From a virus (lineage: Duplodnaviria; Caudoviricetes): DNA of 64,000 bases. The translations under genes and the position numbers were made by a program. The notes beneath the pieces are model-generated. The model did no database searches, was not told the DNA's origin, and worked only from the letters and a program-made list of their open reading frames with translations. This document shows, one piece after another, positions 28,134 to 37,966 of this stretch. Location: IMG/VR virus record IMGVR_UViG_3300028591_000158, positions 1-64,000 of that record. One strand, given 5' to 3'. How positions within the stretch are numbered: the stretch's first letter is position 1; each line of letters begins with the position of its first letter.

Positions 28134-28151
28134 CTATGAAAGGATTTTGAT

Positions 28152-29738
28152 ATGAAGATATTATGTTATAATATATCGCATGAATCAGCTTGAATGTATC
28201 ATGATACAGAAACAAAAGAATTATATTTTTTTAGTGCTGAACGTGAATATAATACAAAAGATGCAACTATAAGAGAAACAGACCCAATTAAAATCGCAGA
28301 AATGAAATTTGGTTTTGATAAGAAAAATCCAGAGCACATTTTAGTTGGTTGAGTTAATTATTGAGGAACTTTCGTCGATAAAGAAAAGGCAAATATTCCT
28401 GAAACAAAATTATATAAAAAAATCAAAGATAATGTATTTGTTATAGATCATCATTTTGCGCATATCTTATCAAGCGTTGCTTTTAATAACTCTTTAAATC
28501 AAGGTATTGCAATAGACGGTCAAGGTGATCATAAACATACTGGGTTAGTTGTCAAGAATATTCACGATTTAAACAATTTACAATTTAATTATCTTCCTAA
28601 TGACCCTCCAATAGGAAAATTATTTAATATATTCTCAGCTGATTTAATTAAAAGTAAATATATGACTACAACTGATGAATTAACTGATCGACATCGAGCT
28701 GTTGGAAAAATTATGGGATTACAAGCTTATGGAAAAATAAATCAAAGTATTTATAATAAATTAGAAAGTTTTGAATTTAGTCTAAATAATTTAAATCAAT
28801 TTAAAAATTATTTTAGTGAGATATTTTCTAATATAAATGTTTATGATGAAAATCAAAATTTTGATGCTGTAACTACCTTATATCAATTTTTAACAAATAA
28901 AATTGTTGAAATTTTTAATAATAATTTTAAAGCTGGTGATAATATTGCTTATTCTGGTGGTTGTGCATTAAGTACAGTGGCTAATGATAAACTAATAAAA
29001 AATGGATATAATCTAACTATATGTCCTGCAGCTGGAGATATGGGATTATGTATTGGTATGTTAAAATTTATAGATTTATATTATAATTTAAATATAGATT
29101 TTTCAAATTTAAAATATGCATATTATAATGATGAACCAAATATTATAATACCAGAAAAAAATATTAAATTTGCAGCTAAATTATTACAACAGAATGAGAT
29201 AATAGCATTTGTTAATGGGGCTGCTGAAGTAGGTCCTAGAGCATTAGGTCATAGATCTATATTAATGAATCCTTCTATTGAAAATGGCAAAGATTTTATT
29301 AATGAAAGAGTTAAACATAGAGAATGATGAAGACCATTCGGTGGATCAACAATTGATACTAAAATTATTAAGAATTACATTCCATCGAATTTAGATTTCT
29401 TTATGTTAAGAAATTATGAGATAAAGGACGAATGACAAACTAAATTAAAGAGCATTTGTCACAAAGATAATTCATGTAGATTACAGATAATTGAAGATAA
29501 GTTAGAACCTTTATACCAAGTAATAAATGAATTTAACAACTTAACAGGTGTTCCTGTTGTATTAAATACATCATTTAATATTGCTGGCAGACCAATTCCT
29601 AATTATAAAAAACATATTATGGAAACATTTAAGGCATTAGATGGAATAAAATATCTTTTTTATAATGATAAAATATATAAGAAAGAAAATATTTCTAAAT
29701 ATGGCGGAGTAATAGATATTGTTGAAGTACAATTATAA
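28152..29738 (+). CDS. O-carbamoyltransferase, NodU/CmcH family, 528 aa, six TGA=Trp
   Basis: DHHFAH, IDGQGD, SGGCALS, PAAGDMG, EVGPRALGHRSIL, KHRE(W)(W)RPF, PVVLNTSFN. Confidence 0.93.
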
Positions 29739-29761
29739 GTAAATTGAGGCAGTGCATTATT

Positions 29762-30730
29762 ATGAAATATATGATTAGATTAGACATATGTACACTATGT
29801 ACTTTAAATTGTGTAGCATGTCCTATTAGAAAAATAAACTATGGTAAATTAAAAGCTGGATATGTTAAATTTGAAATATTTAAAAAATTTATTGATGAAA
29901 ATTTAGAATTAATACGAAAGATTGAAATATCAAGTGCTGGAGAACCTTTATTAAATCCGGACTTGATTAAAATTTTAAAATATGCTTATGAAAATAATAT
30001 TGTAATTACTTGTAGAAATGGAACTAATTTTAATTCATTAGATGATGCCAAAATTAAGGCTTTAGTTGACTATAAGGTAGAGGATATTGTATTCGCGTGT
30101 GATGGGGCAACACAGGAAACATATCAAAAATATCGAAGAAATGGTGATATTAATAAGGTATTTGATTCAGTTAGAAAAATACAAGAATATAAGAAAAAAA
30201 TTAATTCAGAATATCCTAGATTAATTTGACAATACATTATTAGAGAATCAACTGAAAGTAAAGAAGAAATTGAGTTGGCTAAAAAGTTAGCAAAGGAATT
30301 TAATGTTGAACTTAAATTCAAACTTACACACGAAATTAATTACACACCAAAAAATTCGCAAGAATTGAAGGAAATAACTGGATTAAAATATGTTACTAGA
30401 AAAGAAGCAGCTGATAATGGAGAATATTATTTAACAGCTTCAAAATGTAGACAATTATGGAATTCACCAGCTATAAATTGAAATGGAGATTTATTGGGAT
30501 GCTGCTGAAATTGAGAACCATTTAATATAAATGTATTTGAAGTTGGATTAGCAGAGGCTCTAAAAAATAAAGAATACTGTAAAGCAAAAATGTATCTGAG
30601 CGATAAAATTGAAAATGATAAATCTATACCATGCATGAATTGTGAGTTTGGAGAAATTGTTCATAATAATCATTTAATTGATGATTGTTGAATTAAAACT
30701 CATGATCCACATTATAATAAGGAAAATTAA
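29762..30730 (+). CDS. Radical SAM/SPASM protein, family A copy 2, 322 aa, five TGA
   Basis: CTLNCVAC, SAGEPLLNP, ACDGATQETY, IN(W)NGDLLGCC, CMNC. Confidence 0.85.
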
Positions 30731-30733
30731 ATT

Positions 30734-31525
30734 ATGAAAAAAGATATTAATAGATTGATTATAAATGAAACAGAAAATAAACCAATTTTAAATTATATAG
30801 AAACAAATATTGTTATGCATTGTAATTTAAATTGCAGAGGTTGTAATCATTTTGCTCCGTTATATTCTGAAAATGAAGATATGATTGATTTTGATAGATG
30901 AACCAAAGCTGTTGATCGAATAGCTGAAATGTTTGAAATTAAAAAATTTGGTATTTTAGGTGGTGAACCTTTACTTCATCCAAGATGACTAGATTTTTTA
31001 AGATATTTGCGAAATAAACTACCTAATGCTTTATTAACATTTAGAACAAATGGTATTTTAAGCAATCTATTAGTAGCAAATAAAAAAGAACTAGAAGACT
31101 TAAAAGTAGAATTAGTTATAAGTGATTACAACTTAAGCTTAAATATTGACAAATCACTTTTTAATAGAACATTCGACAGAATAAAAACAAAATTTGAACA
31201 CCCTTCTATAGATTCTGAAGGAAATCAAAGTAAAACAGACAGTTGATTACAGTGTAGAAATAAGCATTGTTTAGCTTTAACTGAAGATTATATCTATTGT
31301 TGTAATTATGGTCTGTCTTTTAACAAATTAAATGAATATTTTGATTTAAAAATAGATATAAATGATGATGTAAAAATTAATATATTTAATTCAAGTGCAA
31401 ATGATATAATTAAATGAACAAGACACGCTAAAGATTGTTGTAAATATTGTAATTTAAATAATAGAAAATATGATCAAGAATGAGGATTAAGTAAAAAAGA
31501 AAAATCTGAATGAATTATTAATTAG
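30734..31525 (+). CDS. Radical SAM protein, family C, 263 aa, six TGA
   Basis: CNLNCRGCNHFAP, LGGEPLLHP, FRTNG, CCKYC, C-terminal (W)GLSKKEKSE(W). Confidence 0.85.
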
Positions 31526-31535
31526 AGGTAATATT

Positions 31536-32564
31536 ATGTTTAAAAGTTCTGATATAGTTGCTATAATTAAAGATCAAAATAACGCAATGTTTGATTTAAG
31601 CTGAAAATTAACTTCGTGGTGTAATTATAACTGCTCTTATTGTAGTCAAGAAACAAGACAAAAAAAATTTAATTCACAGCCTATATTAGAAGCACGGGCA
31701 AAGAATATAGATAAAATTATTAATCAGTTATCAAACAAAAAAGCAATTCAATTATCTTTAATTGGTGGAGAGATTACTTATTATAATTTAATAGATATTT
31801 TAAAAAATATAAATTTATCTAAAATTTTTAAAATAAGACTTACTACTAATTTCAGCCAAGATAACAATTATTTTATAGAACTTTTAGATTTTTTATATAA
31901 ACAGAATAATAATTTAAAAATTACTCTCACTTTATCATTTCATGATGAATATATACCATTATCATCATTTTTAAATAAAGTTGTTAAACTTCATGAAAGT
32001 ATACAGACTAAATATAATAATAAATCTAAAGTTAAACTCAATGTATCATTAGTAATAAATAACGAGTTAGACTGTACTTTATTAAAACAATTTATTACTA
32101 ATTATCCTAAATTAACTATTTGTCCTAACATACAACGTGATATAAATGGAAAGATTGTTGATCTAGATAAAGAGCATATGGAATTTAAAACTAACTTAAC
32201 CACTAAAGAAAATTTTAAAACTAATAAAATACTACTAATATTAAAATCAAATAAACATATTTATTTTTCTGATACTAGTACTATTCTTAATAATATAGAT
32301 GAAAAAGTGTTTATATCAAAAGGCTACTTATGTAGTGCTGGTTTAAATAATCTTAGAATTGATGAAAATGGTAACATTCGAAGAGGACAGTGTCCATTAG
32401 AATTAAGCAAAAATATAGTAGGAAATATAGATAATGATAAAAATATTATATTACCAACTGAACCAATTAAATGTTCTTTCGAAAATAGTAGCATTAAATC
32501 AGGATGTATTCTATGCCCTTGGGTAAATATTAAAATTGATACTGAGGAAGGCATAAAACCATAA
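31536..32564 (+). CDS. Radical SAM protein, family B copy 3, 342 aa, one TGA
   Basis: LS(W)KLTSWCNYNCSYC, LIGGEIT, TTNFSQ, CSAGLNNLRIDENGNI. Confidence 0.85.
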
Positions 32565-32678
32565 TGAAAAAAAAATAAAAGAAATTAAAAATAAATTAAT
32601 AGTTAAGTGTCAGTAAGATAGCTGTCCTTTTTGTGGTATAATCCATATCTGAAAATAGAAATGGGGTTGTAAAATAAA

Positions 32679-33692
32679 GTGTATAAACAAGATGACATTA
32701 AATCTATAAATTTAATAAATAATGATTTTTTTGTAATTAAATGATTTGTAACAAATTGGTGTAATTACAGTTGTTCATATTGTATTCAAAATCCCAGAGA
32801 TAAAGCCGGCTGAATTTCAGAAAATAAAGTAATAGAAATTGCTAAAAAGTTAAATGAAGCCCTTTATAACTCTAATATTACAAAAAGAATTTCTTTACAA
32901 ATATTAGGTGGAGAAGTAACATTTTATAATTGATCAAAAATATTACCTTATATAGAAAATGTTGGTAAAGTATTTATAACTACCAACTTTTCAAATACTT
33001 TAGAATATTATAAAGGTTTATATACTTATTGTTATTCTAATAATATTGTCTTAAAATTATTATGTAGCTATCATGAAACAGGAGATGAGTTTTTTACTAA
33101 ATTTATAGAATTAAAACATTGGTGTGCAGATAATAAATATCACCTTCCTAATCTATCTTTTGTAGTGGGAAATGATTTTGATTTTACTATATTTGATAGA
33201 TTTCCTGAGATAGCAAATAAAAGAGCTAGTATGTGCCCCTTAGTTCTCCCCGATCAAAGTACAGTAAAATTAAATGAAGGGGTAATAACTAAAATCAAAG
33301 AGATTAAAAGTAGAAAAGCAAATAATAGTAAACAAGAATTAAAAACTAGAGCTGAAAAATTTATTTTTAAAATTAATGATGACTTTATTGTTTGTAGTGC
33401 TCCAGAATTATTTGTAAATTTAGAAAAGGGTTATTTAGATATTAAAAAAGTATATTGTGATGCAGGCATTAATTCTATTAGTATTGATCCTGATGGTAGT
33501 ATTACACGATGTGGTAATAATTCGCAATTACTTGGTAATTTATTAACAATGGAGAATCCTAAGTTTAATTTAAAATCAAGTATCTGCGAAGATAAACAAT
33601 GTAGATTGTGCCAACCTGTAAATATATGTAGAGTCATTGATTCAACCGATGATCCATTTATAAGGAGGGATAGGACATGCCCAAAGAAGTAA
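32679..33692 (+). CDS. Radical SAM protein, family B copy 4, 337 aa (GTG start inferred), three TGA
   Basis: IK(W)FVTNWCNYSCSYC, ILGGEVT, TTNFSN, CDAGINSISIDPDGSI; start chosen by upstream stop at 32670 and paralogue length. Confidence 0.8.
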
Positions 33693-33775
33693 TTACAATA
33701 AAAGCTAATCCTGGTAATGATAAATCTTTTAAAGATAATCATATAGAAAGAGAGAAAGATACTAATGAATTATAA
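33677..33775 (+). CDS. 32-aa small ORF overlapping both neighbours
   Basis: AGGAGG 8 nt upstream of ATG; MPKEVITIKANPGNDKSFKDNHIEREKDTNEL. Confidence 0.45.
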   Translation: MPKEVITIKANPGNDKSFKDNHIEREKDTNEL

Positions 33776-34934
33776 AGATTTTGATATATTCTTAATCACA
33801 AAAGATAATTGAAAAAGTCAAGATGAAGTTTTTTATGGCTATAAGACTTTAGATGACAATGGGCTTTGATTAAAAGTATTTTGAGAGGATAGTTGCTTAT
33901 TAATTAAGGGCAGTTATATTCAGCCTTATATTAGTATTTATCAATCAGATGATTACTGGGCTATTTCTAATAATTTTTATTGTTTAGAACAACATTTAAT
34001 TAGTAAGAATATTAAGCTTACTAAAAATAAAGCATTTGAAGAATGGGACAAAGATTCTTTTAGGTTCTGTATTCAAGCAAGTCCAACAGAAACTTTATAT
34101 AATGAAATTAAATTTAATGATAATTTTTCTTATTTAAAAATATTAGATGGTAATTTAGAAATTATAAACTTGGAAATAGATTGCTTTACAAAACCTTTAG
34201 AGGATTCAAAAGAAGATTTATTAAATTGATATAAAAAATATTATGATTATTTGCATACTTTACCCGAAGGTACTGTATCAGCCCAACTATCTGGCGGATT
34301 TGATTCAAGAATATTACTACCATTGTATGAAGATATAAATGGAGTCAGTATAAACGCACAGTGGAATAAAGAAGATGATGATAGTTATCGTGATGGATTA
34401 GCCGCAAGATTATATATTGCAAAAAAATATCCGCACTTATTTGATAATTTACTTTCAAAAGAAGATAAAACTTGAGTTGCTAATAATGATAAGGCTAAAC
34501 AAGAAAATGCAAAATTAATAACGCAATTTATCACTTATGGTTCATATCCTATAAAAGGTGAGCTAGACTTATCAAATATGATGCCTTGTAAATCAACTAG
34601 TGGTAAAATAAGCTTAGCTGGAATGTCTCTTGAATTACATAAAAATAATCTAGCTAATAGCGTGCAAGAAATTGAAACAACTACAAGAAGATATTTTGTA
34701 AATAGATATTTAATTAGATATTATAGATCAAAACAAAGAGTAGTATGTCCTTTTCAAGATAAGGAATTATTAAAGATTAAAGGTTGTCGTGATTTAACAT
34801 TTGTTTATATATTATTAGGATTATTTAATATTAACGATGAAAAATTACCATATTATACTTATTTAAATAGTAAACCAGTTTTAAAGTTTGTTTCAAATGA
34901 AGAGATAGAAGAGGCGTTATCTTTATTAAAATAA
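33765..34934 (+). CDS. Asparagine-synthetase-like protein (copy 4), 389 aa, five TGA
   Basis: FYGYKTLDDNGL(W), YWAISNN, AQLSGGFDSR, CPFQDKELL. Confidence 0.7.
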
Positions 34935-34962
34935 AAGAGGTTAAAAATAACACCTCTTTTTT
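34933..34962 (+). terminator. Intrinsic terminator closing the enzyme cluster
   Basis: AAAAGAGGT / ACCTCTTTT hairpin. Confidence 0.65.
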
Positions 34963-34999
34963 ATTGTATATTTAATATAATATTTTAGGGGGATCTACT

Positions 35000-35155
35000 A
35001 TGGAAAAAGAATCAGTGCTTGGTGTTGAAGAATTGTTAAATTTTTTAGAAAATAAGCCAGAAGAATTTAAAGCTATTTGGTTAAAATATTTAGAAGATAC
35101 TGCTTATGAATATAATGATGAAGTAATAGAATTAATGGCAAGTAAATTAAATTAA
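35000..35155 (+). CDS. Hypothetical protein, 51 aa
   Basis: AGGGGG RBS and TTGTATA motif upstream; below the track length cut-off. Confidence 0.5.
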   Translation: MEKESVLGVEELLNFLENKPEEFKAIWLKYLEDTAYEYNDEVIELMASKLN

Positions 35156-35194
35156 ACTTTTCAATATATTTAATTGTATAATTAAAGAAAGGTA

Positions 35195-35404
35195 GTGTTA
35201 ATTGTGACTAAAAGAGAATTTAATCAAATTAGAGAATTAATAGTAAATATATGTAATGATCAAAATTTAGATGGCTTGTGCTACTATTATGGAATTACAA
35301 AAGCTGATTTTTATGAATTTGTTGATGAGCTTGCTTTAATTGGATTTAAAGAAAAGTATAATCAGCACAATCATAAAGAGCACAATAAAAATATAGGTGA
35401 GTAA
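35195..35404 (+). CDS. Hypothetical protein
   Basis: ORF with upstream TTGTATAAT motif and GAAAGG; exact start uncertain. Confidence 0.5.
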   Translation: MLIVTKREFNQIRELIVNICNDQNLDGLCYYYGITKADFYEFVDELALIGFKEKYNQHNHKEHNKNIGE

Positions 35405-35406
35405 TA

Positions 35407-35871
35407 ATGGAAAATAAGATTGGTTTTTGGGGTATTACTGATACCTATGGTTGCTTTAGTAATTTTTATCCGTGTAAATTTAAGTGCTTTAATGATTTAG
35501 AATTTAATTGTACTGAGCAAGCTTTTATGTATGCTAAGGCAATAACTTTTAATGATATTGAAATAGCAAACAAAATTTTAGCAGAGTCAGATCCTAAGAA
35601 GATTAAAGCTTTAGGTAGACAAGTTAAAAATTTTAATGATGATATTTGGAATGACTTGAGATTTATGTATATGCGTTTAGTTAATTATAGTAAATTTAGT
35701 CAGAATATAGAACTTTTAAATAAATTAGTTAGTACTGGATCTGCTTATTTATTTGAAGCATCACCTTATGACTCAATTTGGGGTATTGGTAAATTTGGAG
35801 ATGGTCAAAATTTATTAGGACAAGTACTAATGCAGATTAGAGAAGATTTTATTTTAATGAGGAAAAAGTAA
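35407..35871 (+). CDS. NADAR (YbiA-like) family protein
   Basis: FSNFYPC, TEQAFMYAKA, PKKIKALGRQV, EASPYDSIWGIG, GQNLLGQVLMQIR. Confidence 0.9.
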   Translation: MENKIGFWGITDTYGCFSNFYPCKFKCFNDLEFNCTEQAFMYAKAITFNDIEIANKILAESDPKKIKALGRQVKNFNDDIWNDLRFMYMRLVNYSKFSQNIELLNKLVSTGSAYLFEASPYDSIWGIGKFGDGQNLLGQVLMQIREDFILMRKK

Positions 35872-36131
35872 TGGAAAATTATGAATTAACAGACAAATTT
35901 AAAGAAATGGGTTATACTGTTCAAGCACCAGGTAAGGATAAAACTTATTATTTAGTTAGACAAACTAATAAAGGTACTGAACAAATTTATATTAAGTTAA
36001 CAAAGAAAACTGCTGAAGTAGAGTATTTTTTTAATAATAAAAAAGCACAAATAGGCAAGAAATTAGCTCATACATTTAAAGACTTATTATTGGTTTATTA
36101 TCAAGATATTGTTGAATGCAATTTTATTTAA
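35871..36131 (+). CDS. Hypothetical protein, 86 aa
   Basis: TAATG coupling with the NADAR gene. Confidence 0.55.
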   Translation: MENYELTDKFKEMGYTVQAPGKDKTYYLVRQTNKGTEQIYIKLTKKTAEVEYFFNNKKAQIGKKLAHTFKDLLLVYYQDIVECNFI

Positions 36132-36152
36132 AAAATTATTGTATAATATAAT

Positions 36153-36277
36153 GCCTATAGAGCACAGTGACGATTCTAAAGTACCACGCTCGAGTTACTG
36201 TGTTTTGGGATGTGCAAACAACTAGTGGTAGGCTGATGGCACTTAAAGCAGCGAGGTGCACTAGCTGCTTTCTTTTT
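36153..36277 (+). ncRNA. Candidate structured non-coding RNA / regulatory leader
   Basis: GC-enriched island between a TTGTATATAAT motif (36139) and a terminator hairpin (36245-36277); 13-bp helix 36159-36171 / 36194-36206. Confidence 0.55.
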
Positions 36278-36297
36278 ATTTGGAGGTCACTGATAGT

Positions 36298-36798
36298 ATG
36301 AATATTAAAGGATTAATTGAACAAAGAAGAAAAGCAAAAGAAAATAAAAAATTAATTAAAGAATATCCATTTTTATTACCTAGAAATAGATGGACAGGCG
36401 ATGTAGCTAAAGATTATGATTATTCATATACTGAGTTAGATGCAATGCCAACTGGTTGGAGAAATGCTTTTGGTTTAGCTATGTGTCAAGAAATTAAAGA
36501 CGAGCTTGTAAAATATAATTATTTAAATGATTATAGAATTGTTCAAATTAAAGAAAAGTATGGATCTTTAAGATGGTATGATGCTGGGCATCCTGCAGGT
36601 TCAAATATTCAAAAAATTATAGATAAATATGAAAAAATGTCTGAAGATATTTGTATAAATTGTGGTAAGCCTTCAAAATATTACACTAAAGGTTGGATTA
36701 CTTTTATCTGTGAAGATTGTAAGAATATCTGGGTAAAAGAAGAGCAAGTCAATGAAGATATGTTTGTAAAATTGGGGGATTTAAGAGAAAATGAATAG
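36298..36798 (+). CDS. Conserved phage hypothetical protein with C-terminal zinc finger
   Basis: GGAGG RBS before ATG 36298; QIKEKYGSLRWY, CINCG..CEDC. Confidence 0.6.
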   Translation: MNIKGLIEQRRKAKENKKLIKEYPFLLPRNRWTGDVAKDYDYSYTELDAMPTGWRNAFGLAMCQEIKDELVKYNYLNDYRIVQIKEKYGSLRWYDAGHPAGSNIQKIIDKYEKMSEDICINCGKPSKYYTKGWITFICEDCKNIWVKEEQVNEDMFVKLGDLRENE

Positions 36799-36964
36799 TA
36801 TTATTAAGTTTTTTATACTCTTATTAGATACCGATTTTAATAATATTGATAGTCTTTTAATGTTAAAGGATATTGCATATAATTACTGGGAACAAGGTAA
36901 TTTAACTGATTCTGAACATTGTGATATTGAAGCATTATTAGATGAACACTTATCTAAATTTTAA
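36791..36964 (+). CDS. Hypothetical protein, 57 aa
   Basis: ATG overlapping previous stop; fills the gap to the next RBS. Confidence 0.45.
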   Translation: MNSIIKFFILLLDTDFNNIDSLLMLKDIAYNYWEQGNLTDSEHCDIEALLDEHLSKF

Positions 36965-36981
36965 TAGAGAGGTAGCTTAAG

Positions 36982-37956
36982 ATGTCAAAATATTTTGTAA
37001 TTAGTGACTTACATAGTGGCTATACACCCATGATGTATGCTCTTAATAAAGTTAAATTTGAACCAGATAATCCAGAACACACCTTAATTGTTTGTGGTGA
37101 TGTTTTTGATAGACTTAATGAAACATTAGAAGTATATAATTTCTTAAAATCAATCCCAAAAGAAAGATGCATCTTAATTAGAGGAAATCATGAGGAATTA
37201 TATTTAAAATTATTAGATAAAAAATATCCAGAATCTCATGATTTTTCTAATGGAACTGTATTAACATTTTGTCAAATAGCTGGTTATGAAGCAGATACAG
37301 CTTATGATTTGAGAGCTGGTTATCATATTAGTTATGGTACTTATTGGGATAACGAAGTAATAGACCCTAAGTGTGAAAATATCTGGAATGATATCAAGAA
37401 AAAAGTTAAGGAATCAGAGGTAACAAAATGGTTGCAGTCAGATCAGTGGATAAATTATTATGAGCTAGATAAATATATATTTGTTCACTCATTTATTCCT
37501 CTTGTATATAATGGTGAAAGAGGTTTTGATGAAGATTATTGCATCTATTATGGTTGGACTCAATACTTTAAAGAAAGACCTGACTGGCGAGAAGCTAATG
37601 ATTTAGAATGGGCTGGAGCAACTTGGGGTTGTGCCTATAAATTCTTTGATGCTGGTTTATTTGATCAAGAGAAAGAAAAAGGTAAAGTACTAGTTTGTGG
37701 ACATTATAGATGTTCTGAATTTAATCAACATTACCTTAATTTAGAAACTCATGATATTTATTATGGAGAAAATTTAATTGCAATAGATGCAACAACCGCA
37801 TTATCAAATCAAGTCAATGTATTGGTTATTGATGGTGATAAATGTTATGATCAAAATGGTTTGTTAGAATATAAGAAACCTTGTCCTATCATTGAGACAG
37901 TTACTTTAGATAAAGATGAATATGAAAAATATACTAACGATGTAACAAATTCTTAA
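36982..37956 (+). CDS. Calcineurin-like metallophosphoesterase
   Basis: SDLH, GDVFDR, RGNHE, FVHS, VCGHY, IDAT motifs. Confidence 0.9.
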   Translation: MSKYFVISDLHSGYTPMMYALNKVKFEPDNPEHTLIVCGDVFDRLNETLEVYNFLKSIPKERCILIRGNHEELYLKLLDKKYPESHDFSNGTVLTFCQIAGYEADTAYDLRAGYHISYGTYWDNEVIDPKCENIWNDIKKKVKESEVTKWLQSDQWINYYELDKYIFVHSFIPLVYNGERGFDEDYCIYYGWTQYFKERPDWREANDLEWAGATWGCAYKFFDAGLFDQEKEKGKVLVCGHYRCSEFNQHYLNLETHDIYYGENLIAIDATTALSNQVNVLVIDGDKCYDQNGLLEYKKPCPIIETVTLDKDEYEKYTNDVTNS

Positions 37957-37966
37957 AAATAAAGGG

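Noticed and set aside
32565-32678. Frameshift at the A9 run, or a small zinc-ribbon gene (CPFCG) before radical SAM copy 4
   Set aside because: All three frames contain TAA/TAG stops; a GTG start at 32679 gives a paralogue-sized protein. At most a decayed relic.
14368-34934. Apparent field of pseudogenes or fragments
   Set aside because: Every break is a TGA and the same frame continues with conserved motifs; no frameshifts were needed.
36153-36277. Suppressor tRNA-Trp(UCA) or hammerhead ribozyme
   Set aside because: No GTTC T-loop or cloverleaf; CTGATGG lacks the CTGATGA...GAAA core.
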